Source: an uncultured delta proteobacterium (GTDB lineage Bacteria > Desulfobacterota > RBG-13-43-22). Taken from it: 64,000 nt of DNA. Positions 9,415 through 18,653 of this stretch are shown piece by piece. The position numbers were made by a program, and so were the translations under genes. Location: positions 1 to 64,000 of the forward strand of contig CAVUPH010000027.1 in assembly GCA_963743305.1 (NCBI GenBank), written 5' to 3'. The notes under the pieces are model-generated. The model saw only the letters and a program-made list of their open reading frames with translations, was not told the origin of the DNA and made no database searches. Within the stretch, counting starts at the first letter, position 1; every line of letters starts with the position of its first letter.

Positions 9415-9876
9415 ATGGAGGATAAAATGGAGGGATTTTTAGAAACGACCTATGACAAGTTTATATTTAGAGTCAAGGAGGGCTATCTTTACCTCAAAGA
9501 AGATTTTTGGGCCAAAATTGACGGGAATTCGGCGTTAGTGGGGATCAGCGACTTTTTGCAAAAGTCCAGAGGGGATGTAGCCTTTCTGGAGACCGTCGAG
9601 GCCGGCTCGGAGGTCCGACAAGGGGAGGGAATAGGAACCATCGAGACCATCAAGGCCACCTTTGCGATCATCTCTCCGGTTACCGGACGAGTGACGGAAT
9701 TTAACCCCAGACTCGAGGGGAGTCCTTATCTGCTCAATGAAGATCCTTACGGAGAAGGGTGGATTTACAAGATCGAACTCTCTCGTCCGGAAGAGGACCG
9801 AAAAGGGCTCTTACCGGCCATAGACTACTTGGAATTAATGAAAGAAAAAATCGTGGAGGAGATGAAAAAAAAATGA
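9415..9876 (+). CDS. gcvH: Glycine cleavage H-like lipoyl carrier protein
   Basis: VGISDF, lipoyl-Lys motif IETIKA, SPVTG, NEDPYGEGWI. Confidence 0.85.
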   Translation: MEDKMEGFLETTYDKFIFRVKEGYLYLKEDFWAKIDGNSALVGISDFLQKSRGDVAFLETVEAGSEVRQGEGIGTIETIKATFAIISPVTGRVTEFNPRLEGSPYLLNEDPYGEGWIYKIELSRPEEDRKGLLPAIDYLELMKEKIVEEMKKK

Positions 9877-10289
9877 ACGCTCCTGGAAAAAAAGTGGTCG
9901 TTCTCCCTTGCAGCGGCATCGGTAAGGTCTATGGGGCCTTGGCCCGCGAGACGGCCTATGAACTGACGGAACGGGTCAGACCCGAGCAAACGGCTATGAC
10001 CTGTTTGCCCCTGCTGGTCATCAGGGATGAGCAGGCCCTGGAACTGATAAAGAATAATCACGTCATTACCATCGACGGCTGTCCTAAAAGTTGCGCCTTT
10101 AAGAACGTCGAGGCCCTGGGCAAAAATGTTTCCAAGGCCTATGAAGCCATTCATTTTCACCAGGCCCATAAGGACCTTAAACCCGAGGGAGTTGCCGAAT
10201 TGAATGAAACCGGAAGGAAGCTGGCGGCTGTAGCAGCCGAGGAACTGGCCAAGGACATTGACGAACTGGCCGGCAAGGAGGAAGCATGA
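9873..10289 (+). CDS. DGC-domain putative zinc-binding protein 1
   Basis: PCSG...CLP...IDGCPKSCA; ATGA overlap with gcvH. Confidence 0.8.
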   Translation: MNAPGKKVVVLPCSGIGKVYGALARETAYELTERVRPEQTAMTCLPLLVIRDEQALELIKNNHVITIDGCPKSCAFKNVEALGKNVSKAYEAIHFHQAHKDLKPEGVAELNETGRKLAAVAAEELAKDIDELAGKEEA

Positions 10290-10702
10290 ATGGTCTTGAA
10301 GTAATTTCGAAGAAAGTCGGGATCGTTTCCTGCAGCGGGGAGGACCTGCCGGGAGGTACGGTCTCCCGTCTGGCCAGCCGAAAAGTATTGGATGAATTGA
10401 AGCCCGGCGAGTCGGTGACTATCTGTCTGCCGCTGTTTATTGCCGGGGGAGAAGAAGAACGGTCTTTCGCTAAAAATTTCCCGACCATAACTGTGGACGG
10501 CTGCGAAAAGCGCTGCGCCCAAAAAAGTACTGAAGCCCTTTCCGGAAAACCCGGCAAATCTCTCCTCATCCCCGAGATTTTGAATAAGCGGGGTCTGGCC
10601 GCGCCCACCCGGAGGAGGAATCTCGGACCGGAGGAGCGAGAGGCCGTCCAGGCCGTGGCCGAAGAAATCGCCCGGGCCGTAGAGGAATTGACCAAAGGAT
10701 AA
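10286..10702 (+). CDS. DGC-domain putative zinc-binding protein 2
   Basis: SCSG...CLP...VDGCEKRCA; ATGA overlap. Confidence 0.8.
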   Translation: MNGLEVISKKVGIVSCSGEDLPGGTVSRLASRKVLDELKPGESVTICLPLFIAGGEEERSFAKNFPTITVDGCEKRCAQKSTEALSGKPGKSLLIPEILNKRGLAAPTRRRNLGPEEREAVQAVAEEIARAVEELTKG

Positions 10703-10723
10703 ATCCGAAACGAGGTGATTTAA

Positions 10724-11146
10724 ATGCCGATTTATAAAAATAAAGTCGAATGGCGCGGAGAGCATAAAGGGTACACTTGGTGCCAGAACGGCGTGGAAAT
10801 GGAGTTTTCCGCCCCGCCGGATCTTTACGGTCTGCCGAACGTCCTGACGCCCGAAGACGCCTTTGTAGCCGCCTCCAACACCTGTTATTTCATGATGGTG
10901 GTTTGGGCCGCGGAGCGCTTCAAGCTGGACCTGGTATCCTTCGAATGCCGGGCCGAAGGCGAAGTGGAAGAATTTTTGGATCGGACCTCCTGGTTTAAAA
11001 AGATTATTCTTTACCCTAAATTGGAAGTCCGGGGCAAATCACGGGAAGTGGTCCAGCGGGCACTGGATATGGCCCTGAAATATTCCACCATCAACCAAAC
11101 ACTTAAATCGGAAATCGTCATCCAGCCGACCATCGAGATCCAATAG
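10724..11146 (+). CDS. OsmC/Ohr-family protein
   Basis: FSAPP...TPEDAFVAASNTC; the usual second-Cys position reads KYSTI. Confidence 0.8.
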   Translation: MPIYKNKVEWRGEHKGYTWCQNGVEMEFSAPPDLYGLPNVLTPEDAFVAASNTCYFMMVVWAAERFKLDLVSFECRAEGEVEEFLDRTSWFKKIILYPKLEVRGKSREVVQRALDMALKYSTINQTLKSEIVIQPTIEIQ

Positions 11147-11157
11147 GGGGCCGTTCC

Positions 11158-12552
11158 ATGGCAGACCGATATGACCTTATTTTTCTGGGAGGCGGGCCGG
11201 CCGGTTATCAAGGGGCCATCCGGGCTGCCCAGCTTGGGGCTCGAACGGCGGTGGTGGAAAAAGGTTTCCTGGGCGGCGTCTGCCTGAACCGGGGCTGTAT
11301 CCCCACCAAAACGGTCAGGGCCTCAGCCGAGGTGAGTCGAACCTTGCGCAGGGCCGGGGAATTCGGGTTTAAGCCCGTGGAAGTGACGGCTGATCTGACG
11401 GCTATTCTGGCCCGGAAAGAACGGGTGGTCCACGGCTTACGATCCGGAATGGAAAATCTGTTTCGGGCCTGGAAGATTGATATTCTGGATGGAATTGGGC
11501 GACTGAACGGTTTCGGTAAGATCGAGGTTGAGCGGGAAGGAAAGACTGATTTGATTGAGACCGAAAAAATCGTCATCTCCACCGGATCCCGGCCGGGAAA
11601 TCTATCCATTTTCCCCTCGAATTCAAAAATTTTCCTGGCCGATGAAATGCTGAACATTTCCTACCTTCCAGATCATCTTTTAGTCGTAGGCGGCGGGGCG
11701 GTTGGGGTAGAAATGGCCGCCCTGTTCCGCGAATTAGGCTCTCAGGTAACCCTGATTGAAATGCAGGATCAGCTCCTGCCCCATGAAGATCGGGAAATGG
11801 CCGCTTATCTACAGAAAATTCTACAACGACGCAAGATTAAAGTCCTTTGCCATGTCAAAGCGGATTCGGTACGAGAAATCGACCAAACTTTGCAGATCAG
11901 ACTTTCCAATGGGTCCGAAATAACACCGGATACTATCCTCCTGGCCGTAGGCCGAAAATTTAACACCGAAGGGCTCGGCCTGAATGAACTGGGAGTGGCC
12001 CTGAAAGACGGTCGCCTGATTGTTGACGAAACCCTGGAGACCAATATCTCCGGCCTCTACGGGGCGGGTGATGTCATCGGCGGCTGGCTGCTGGCCCATG
12101 TGGCCTTTGCCGAAGGTATCTGTGCGGCCGAACAGGCCTTGGGAAAAGGAAGCCGAATGGACTACCAGGTCGTTCCCCGATGCGTCTTCAGCCTGCCGGA
12201 GTACGCCGCCGTTGGGGTCTCGGAAGAGGAAGCCAGGTTAAAACATCCCGTTAAAATAGGGCGTTTCCCTTTCAAGTCGCTTGGTATGGCCCAAGCCCTG
12301 GGGGAACCGGAAGGGCTGGTAAAAATCATAGCTCAGGCCCAAACGGATCAGATCCTGGGGGCTCATATCATCGGAGCCCAGGCCGCCGATCTCATTTCGG
12401 AAATAGCCCTGGCCATGCGGGCCGGCCTACCCAGCCGAGTCATCATGGAAACGATCCACACCCATCCGACCCTGTCAGAGGCCGTCTTGGAAGTAGCCCA
12501 GGCCTTGCACGGGCAGGCCATCCACCTCCCTCCGGAAGGGGTCCCGTCATGA
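11158..12552 (+). CDS. lpdA: Dihydrolipoyl dehydrogenase
   Basis: GGGPAG, GGVCLNRGCIP redox disulfide, HPTLSE. Confidence 0.95.
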   Translation: MADRYDLIFLGGGPAGYQGAIRAAQLGARTAVVEKGFLGGVCLNRGCIPTKTVRASAEVSRTLRRAGEFGFKPVEVTADLTAILARKERVVHGLRSGMENLFRAWKIDILDGIGRLNGFGKIEVEREGKTDLIETEKIVISTGSRPGNLSIFPSNSKIFLADEMLNISYLPDHLLVVGGGAVGVEMAALFRELGSQVTLIEMQDQLLPHEDREMAAYLQKILQRRKIKVLCHVKADSVREIDQTLQIRLSNGSEITPDTILLAVGRKFNTEGLGLNELGVALKDGRLIVDETLETNISGLYGAGDVIGGWLLAHVAFAEGICAAEQALGKGSRMDYQVVPRCVFSLPEYAAVGVSEEEARLKHPVKIGRFPFKSLGMAQALGEPEGLVKIIAQAQTDQILGAHIIGAQAADLISEIALAMRAGLPSRVIMETIHTHPTLSEAVLEVAQALHGQAIHLPPEGVPS

Positions 12553-13427
12553 ATAGTGCGGCGCCGGACTGGGTCATGAAAACAGTGGCCCAGGCCAAAA
12601 GGGGCCTGGATAAAAAAGAAATCGAGCAGACCAACGGATTATTGCGCAGGTTGAATCTATCGACGGTTTGCGAAAGCGCCGGCTGCCCCAACCGGGGAGA
12701 ATGTTTCTCACAGCGTACGGCAACTTTTCTGATACTCGGGGAAGTCTGCACGCGCAGATGCTCTTTTTGTGCGGTCAACCATGGGCGGCCCCCAGGGCCT
12801 CCGGACGATAGGGAACCCGAACGGCTGACCCAGGCCGTCTCCGAATTGGGCTTGTCTCATGTAGTCGTAACCTCTGTTACCCGCGATGACCTGCCTGATG
12901 GCGGTGCCGGTCATTATGCCCGGGTGGCGGCAGCGCTGCATCAACAACTTCCGTGGGTCAGGATTGAGCTTTTAATTCCCGACTTCAATGGCTCCCCCAA
13001 GGCCCTGGAAAAAGTATTGGCCGAGCAACCGGATATTTTGGCTCACAATATGGAGACGGTCCACAGGCTCTACCGGGATGTGCGTCCGGGGGCAGGTTAT
13101 TATCGCTCTTTAGCCCTCCTGCGGGAGGCCAAAGAATTATCCCCCCAAGTCATCACTAAATCAGGCTTCATGCTCGGTCTGGGAGAAAATGACAGCGAGA
13201 TCGACGGATTACTCAACGATATCTCGGCCACGGGCTGCGACCTGCTGACTATCGGGCAGTATCTATCTCCTTCCCTGGCCCATCGGCCGGTTGCCCGTTA
13301 CCTGGAGTCTGATGAATTTGACACCTGGCGGACCAAGGCCCTCACTCTTGGCTTTAGGAGTGTGGCCGCCGGGACCCTGGTCAGGAGTTCTTACCAAGCC
13401 TCCACCTTTTTCAAGGAACTGGGATGA
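12549..13427 (+). CDS. lipA: Lipoyl synthase
   Basis: CESAGCPNRGEC, CTRRCSFC and RSSY motifs. Confidence 0.95.
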   Translation: MNSAAPDWVMKTVAQAKRGLDKKEIEQTNGLLRRLNLSTVCESAGCPNRGECFSQRTATFLILGEVCTRRCSFCAVNHGRPPGPPDDREPERLTQAVSELGLSHVVVTSVTRDDLPDGGAGHYARVAAALHQQLPWVRIELLIPDFNGSPKALEKVLAEQPDILAHNMETVHRLYRDVRPGAGYYRSLALLREAKELSPQVITKSGFMLGLGENDSEIDGLLNDISATGCDLLTIGQYLSPSLAHRPVARYLESDEFDTWRTKALTLGFRSVAAGTLVRSSYQASTFFKELG

Positions 13428-14299
13428 GGATCTGGCGTTTGCTGAATACCGGCGCTTTACCCGGCGCCCTCAATATGGCCATCGATCAGGCCCTCCTCCA
13501 TCTACATACCCTCGGCCTGTCACCTCCGACGCTACGTTTCTACCGGTGGCAGCCTGCGGCGGTATCTATCGGCCACTTTCAGGAAATAAAAACCGTTCTC
13601 CTTTCTCGTTGCCCATCTCTGGGATTGGATGTGGTCCGAAGGCCGACCGGAGGCCGAGCCGTATTGCACCAAAACGACTTGACCTACAGCCTGGTTGCCG
13701 GAACTGAAGAGGGGATACCTTCTTCCCTTTCCGAGGCCTATCACCTGATTTGCAAAGGACTTCTTGCTGGTTTCCGCTTGATAGGGATCGAAGCCGGATT
13801 GGGCCAGGAAAAATTGACCGAGCCTCCACCGGAACTTTGTTTTTTACGTTCGTCCATCAGCGACATCGTCTGTCAAGGAAAAAAGTTTGTGGGGAGTGCC
13901 CAGATGTGGACCGGATCTTCCCTGCTTCAGCATGGTTCGATCATTCTCGAACCTCAAAATGAGACCTGGGCGAATCTTATGGTGATAAATCCGGATTCGA
14001 AAGGAGGATCTTATGCGGAACTGGAGTCCCGGACGACTTCCCTTCTGGAACTGCTTGGATATACGATTGAAACCGACCGGATAATCGCTGCTATAGAAAA
14101 AGAGATGGCTTTAATTCTGGGGGTGACCTTTGAAACAGGCCAATTGAGCCCTGAAGAATGGACCCTGGCCCGGAAGATCGCCGAGGGGAAAGAAATCGGC
14201 CGGATGGGCTACCAGGCGGGCGCTGCGGCCTTATACCTGGAAGCGATCAAAGCCCAAATACCAGAGGGCGACACCGGGACGAAACCTGTTATGGATTAA
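13424..14299 (+). CDS. Lipoate-protein ligase family / LipM-type octanoyltransferase
   Basis: NMAID, RRPTGGRAVLH, KFVGSAQ, LQHGSI; no LplA C-terminal domain. Confidence 0.88.
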   Translation: MRIWRLLNTGALPGALNMAIDQALLHLHTLGLSPPTLRFYRWQPAAVSIGHFQEIKTVLLSRCPSLGLDVVRRPTGGRAVLHQNDLTYSLVAGTEEGIPSSLSEAYHLICKGLLAGFRLIGIEAGLGQEKLTEPPPELCFLRSSISDIVCQGKKFVGSAQMWTGSSLLQHGSIILEPQNETWANLMVINPDSKGGSYAELESRTTSLLELLGYTIETDRIIAAIEKEMALILGVTFETGQLSPEEWTLARKIAEGKEIGRMGYQAGAAALYLEAIKAQIPEGDTGTKPVMD

Positions 14300-14352
14300 T
14301 CCAGCTTGAACGAGGCGAAGGAACTCACAACGAGTGAACATTTTGTTTAGTC

Positions 14353-14382
14353 TTGACATAAATTAGTGAAAGCCTATATTAT
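14353..14382 (+). promoter_or_regulatory. sigma70-type promoter
   Basis: TTGACA followed 16-18 nt later by TATATT/TATTAT. Confidence 0.55.
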
Positions 14383-14438
14383 CATAAAGTTATAAAGAAT
14401 TCAGGTTTATTGAATTTTCAGGATCGGACCTACCTACT

Positions 14439-14936
14439 ATGAGCGATGATGACCTTCTACAAATTATTATTGCCGGCCGGCCGATTGGAATCCTCGGGTT
14501 TAAAGCAGTCCTCGAAGATTTAGCTCCCACACTGGCCCAATCGACTGATGATGTTCTGGCCCGGGAATTGGTAACTCGTCTTTCCAAAAAAAATTACATT
14601 CCGGAGAAAGTCCAGGCGGAGTATGGGCAGGCCCTGGTCCGGGAGTTCAGAAGACAGTTGGGGCAGCCCATCCAGGAAGAAAAACCCGCCGGACTGGTGA
14701 TCAAAGTCCTCGGCCAGGGATGCAACAACTGCCGGGAATTAACCCAGCGGGTCATGGACGTCATGTCCGAGTTAAACCTGGCCGCCGACCTGGAGCATGT
14801 CACCGATGTCAAGGAAATTGCCCGTTATCGTGTCATGGGTATTCCGGCGCTGATCGTTAATGGAAAAACCCTTTCCGTCGGGTCTGTGCCCAGCAAAAAA
14901 CAGCTCACGAATTGGCTCAAGAATGCGGGAGACTGA
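14439..14936 (+). CDS. Small redox-active disulfide (MTH895-like thioredoxin) fused to an N-terminal helical domain
   Basis: IKVLGQGCNNC...GIPALIVNG; N-domain contains KKNYIP..EYGQALVREF. Confidence 0.85.
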   Translation: MSDDDLLQIIIAGRPIGILGFKAVLEDLAPTLAQSTDDVLARELVTRLSKKNYIPEKVQAEYGQALVREFRRQLGQPIQEEKPAGLVIKVLGQGCNNCRELTQRVMDVMSELNLAADLEHVTDVKEIARYRVMGIPALIVNGKTLSVGSVPSKKQLTNWLKNAGD

Positions 14937-14942
14937 TCCGCG

Positions 14943-15167
14943 GTGAAGAATTTAGTATTGACTTTTAGCGAGGAAGAAATCCAGGAACTGGAACGGATTG
15001 ATCTGGACTCGGACGCCTCGGGGGCCTTGGGCTTCCTTCGGGAAGTTTTAGGAAAAAAGTTAAAGGCCTTGACGCGCCCCCACTGCGTCCCGGTCTTTGA
15101 AGTGACCTACAGCCCCAGGCAGAAGGAGGCCTTTCAGCCCACAGGACCTTCCGGGGGAAAGCCATGA
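14943..15167 (+). CDS. Hypothetical protein
   Basis: GTG start after GGGAGA; acidic helix, RPHCVPVFE. Confidence 0.55.
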   Translation: MKNLVLTFSEEEIQELERIDLDSDASGALGFLREVLGKKLKALTRPHCVPVFEVTYSPRQKEAFQPTGPSGGKP

Positions 15168-15206
15168 TCCGCCCGAATTATTCGCATGAAAATAGGGTAA
15201 AAGGCT

Positions 15207-15470
15207 ATGCGTAATAAATGTCTTCTGCTGATTTTGGTTTTAGTTTGTTTTTCTTTATCCCCTTTCTTCTCCCGGGCGGATGACGTCAAAGGACCCGACC
15301 CGAACCCGACCCCAACCATTCAGGGACCGAGTCCAAGCAAGATAGATAATCCCAATTCTCCGGTCTCCAACCACTCTTCGGAAGTCAAGGCCGGAGGCGC
15401 TTCACAGGATCAGAAATCACAAGCTCTCCCGGCGGTAAGAATTCAAGAAGGCACTAATGCCGAAGACTGA
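15207..15470 (+). CDS. Hypothetical exported low-complexity protein
   Basis: Signal peptide followed by a P/S-rich tail. Confidence 0.45.
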   Translation: MRNKCLLLILVLVCFSLSPFFSRADDVKGPDPNPTPTIQGPSPSKIDNPNSPVSNHSSEVKAGGASQDQKSQALPAVRIQEGTNAED

Positions 15471-15525
15471 TCCTGATAATGACCCTCCGGGGGAGGGGAT
15501 AATGACAAGCAAGGAGGAACATACC

Positions 15526-16617
15526 ATGATTGAACCGATTCCTAAAAAACTCTCTTTTCTGGACCGTTTTTTAACCCTTTGGATCTTTCTGGCCATGTTG
15601 CTGGGCGTGGGTTCCGGTTATTTTTTCCCGGGGGTGGCCCAGTTCTGGAACCTGTTCCAGTCCGGGACCACCAACATTCCCATCGCCGTCGGCCTGATCC
15701 TGATGATGTATCCCCCCCTGGCCAAGGTTAAATACGAAGAACTGGGCGAAGTCTTTAAAAATTACAGGGTATTGATCCTTTCACTGATCCAGAATTGGGT
15801 CATCGGTCCCATCCTGATGTTTTTCCTGGCGATCCTCTTTCTGGCCGGCTACCCGGAATACATGGTCGGCCTGATCCTGATCGGCCTGGCCCGCTGCATC
15901 GCCATGGTCATCGTCTGGAACGAACTGGCCTCCGGCGACACGGAATATTGCGCCGGACTGGTGGCTTTCAACTCCATTTTTCAGGTCCTTTTCTTCTCCG
16001 TCTATGCCTATATCTTCATCACCATCCTGCCCGGCTGGTTCGGTTTGAAAGGCACCGTGGTGGACATCTCCATCGGTCAGATCGCCGAAAGCGTATTCAT
16101 CTACCTGGGCATCCCCTTTATCGCCGGCATTATCACCCGCTTCACCCTGATCAAGGTCAAGGACAAGACCTGGTATCATGAAAAATTCATCCCCAAGATC
16201 AGCCCCATCACCCTCATCGCCCTGCTGTTCACGATTATCGTCATGTTCTCCCTGAAGGGGGAATTTATTGTTCAACTGCCGCTCGATGTGGTCCGCATCG
16301 CCATCCCGCTGACCATTTATTTCGTCATCATGTTTTTTATCTCGTTTTATATGTCCATGAAAGTCAAGGCCACCTACGAGCAGTCCGCCACCCTTTCCTT
16401 TACCGCCGCCTCGAATAATTTCGAACTGGCCATTGCCGTGGCGATCGCCGTATTCGGGATTCAGTCCGGCGCGGCCTTTGCCGCGGTTATCGGTCCGCTG
16501 GTGGAGGTCCCGGTGTTGATCAGCCTGGTCAATGTGGCCCTCTGGTTCAAACGGAAATATTTTCCCTTTGCCCTGGAGACCCCCACCGGGGTGTGCCATG
16601 TGACTTGCAAACCCTAG
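15526..16617 (+). CDS. acr3: ACR3 family arsenite efflux transporter
   Basis: [49 protein letters not shown]; RBS AGGAGG. Confidence 0.96.
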   Translation: MIEPIPKKLSFLDRFLTLWIFLAMLLGVGSGYFFPGVAQFWNLFQSGTTNIPIAVGLILMMYPPLAKVKYEELGEVFKNYRVLILSLIQNWVIGPILMFFLAILFLAGYPEYMVGLILIGLARCIAMVIVWNELASGDTEYCAGLVAFNSIFQVLFFSVYAYIFITILPGWFGLKGTVVDISIGQIAESVFIYLGIPFIAGIITRFTLIKVKDKTWYHEKFIPKISPITLIALLFTIIVMFSLKGEFIVQLPLDVVRIAIPLTIYFVIMFFISFYMSMKVKATYEQSATLSFTAASNNFELAIAVAIAVFGIQSGAAFAAVIGPLVEVPVLISLVNVALWFKRKYFPFALETPTGVCHVTCKP

Positions 16618-16641
16618 CCAGAAATTTTTGAAATTTGGATT

Positions 16642-16707
16642 AAATTCGAAACTCGAAATCCGAAATCCGAAACAAATTCAAAGGATCGAAATCCGAATGA
16701 CCGAAAC
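16642..16707. repeat. Degenerate heptamer (CGAAATC-like) tandem repeat
   Basis: aaattcgaaactcgaaatccgaaatccgaaac...cgaaatccgaatgaccgaaac, intergenic. Confidence 0.7.
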
Positions 16708-16751
16708 GTCATCCCCCACCGACGAGAGGGACAGGTGGGTCGGGAGGAACC

Positions 16752-17276
16752 ATGCTGCTTAAAGGCTATCGGAAAGAGATCTTTCGGCCGGAGTGCAATC
16801 CGAGTTTCCAATCCCTGCACTGCATCGCCTATCTGGACGAAGATATCGAGGCCGTTCTACCTTATTTGAACGCCAGGCTGGGGGGCGACGAGTTTTATCG
16901 GGAACCCCCGGCCGTAACCTTCCGGCTCCAGGGAAAATTGATTACCGTCCAGCCCCGGCAGATTGCCGTCAATGCCCTGCGGGACGCCGAAGAGGCCGAT
17001 AAAATCCTGGAGTGGATGAAAAGGGAAATAAACGAGGCCTGGGAAAAGCGAGCAGAGTCGGTGCCCAGTTACGAAAGTGCCCCGAAACCGAAACTGTTGG
17101 AAATTCTTAAGTTGCTGCCCAAAACCAATTGTAAACGCTGTGGGGAGCCCACCTGCATGGTCTTTGCTGCCCGGGTGGCCGAAGGGGTCAAAGGACCGGA
17201 AGATTGTCCGATATTGTCAGGGGAAATGCGAAATCGACTTGCTGACTATTTGTCCCCTTTTAATATTTTCGAATAA
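16752..17276 (+). CDS. Protein with a C-terminal 4Fe-4S (FeS) domain
   Basis: LPKTNCKRCGEPTCMVFA...CP; RBS GGAGG. Confidence 0.85.
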   Translation: MLLKGYRKEIFRPECNPSFQSLHCIAYLDEDIEAVLPYLNARLGGDEFYREPPAVTFRLQGKLITVQPRQIAVNALRDAEEADKILEWMKREINEAWEKRAESVPSYESAPKPKLLEILKLLPKTNCKRCGEPTCMVFAARVAEGVKGPEDCPILSGEMRNRLADYLSPFNIFE

Positions 17277-17408
17277 TACGCTTCGCATCTCACTGCACGG
17301 GGTAACCTTGCATGCATCTGAACCCGATTGTTAAATCGCTGACCCTGTTCATCCTGGCCGGCCTTTGTGAAATAGGCGGAGGCTATCTTGTCTGGTTATG
17401 GCTGAGAA

Positions 17409-18620
17409 ATGGAAATGGTAATGTCTAGAAAAAATTTTCTTTTTTATTTGCTATTATCAACCGCTTTAATCACTCTCTTTGCACCCCTCTATCTTTTCGG
17501 GGAAGGGAAGAAGGAGGAAATCGGGTCTTTAAAGGATTTGATCGCTCACTATGATTCCGGACGATGCAAGGAGTGCCATGCGGAGATTTACGCCCAGTGG
17601 GAAAAATCCCATCATGCCCGGCCCTTGATGGGCATGGACGACTGGATCTTCATGTCCAAATACCTCAAAGAGGGAGTTCTGGCAGTCAAGTCGCCCGAGC
17701 AGGCCACCAAGGCCAACTTCCCTTGCGCCAAGTGCCATCTGCCCCAACTTTTCAAAGCAACCGATGCCGTAGCCGCGGAACTGGCCGCCGCCGTCTTCCG
17801 GGACGACAAAAAAACCATCCGCCGGTTGAATATCGGCTGCCTGGTCTGCCACCAGGATAAGGCCGTGGTTCATGGCCGGCCGAAGTTATCGGTCCTCTAC
17901 GGCAATCGGGAGATCAAGGACCATGAGGGCCTCCCGGTAAAGAAAAGCCCCCTGCTGAAATATCCCCTCTTCTGCGGCCAGTGCCATGGCCTCGGCCCCA
18001 ACCTCGAATTCGAAAATCCGGTCCAGTGCGCCACGTTGTACGGCAGCTATCTCCATGCCTACCTCCCCAACGGAGGGGCTCAGACCTGCCAGGACTGCCA
18101 CATGCCGGGCAAGGACCATACCTGCCTGCCGAACTTCAACGACCGGGCCGGCACCTCCGCCCGTCTCCGCCAGGCCTTACCCCTGGAGGTGGAAACCCTG
18201 GGCTATGTTTTCCAGATAGAAGAAGGAAAGCATCTACCCCTGGTCGTGGTTAAAACCCGGATAACCAATAAGGCCGGCCACCGGATCCCGGACGGCTGAC
18301 CCACCCGCACCCGGGTGGTCCTGGAAGTGACCGCTACCGCTCCCAACGGGCAAAAATTCTTTGAAGGAACAAAATTTTATATGCCTCAGGCCGGCGACGG
18401 CCGGGGCCCGATCATGGTCCTGGGACCGGACAAAAAACTAGGCCTGTTGCGCGATACCAGCCTTCAGCCTTTCCGGCCGAAGGAGGAAACCTTTGAACTC
18501 CCGGTTCCCAAAGGAATCAATGAGGTTACCGTGACGGTTCAGTTGACCTACCAGCCCCGCCCGGGGAATAGTTATTCCCTCCAAACCATCAGCCGTCGGG
18601 TACGAATGGATACCCCCTAA
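17409..18620 (+). CDS. Pentaheme c-type cytochrome selenoprotein, ExtKL-like (UGA at 18297-18299)
   Basis: Five CxxCH motifs (CKECH, CAKCH, CLVCH, CGQCH, CQDCH). [20 protein letters not shown] is in frame with ORF 18315..18620; hairpin GGTGGTC-CTGGAAGT-GACCGCT follows. Confidence 0.85.
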
Positions 18621-18653
18621 AGACTATCTTTTCCGTTCCCAGCATTCGTTTAA

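Noticed and set aside
14934-14945. TGA in frame with the next ORF, possible Sec read-through
   Set aside because: It is the natural end of the thioredoxin domain, not a Cys position, and the next ORF has its own RBS.
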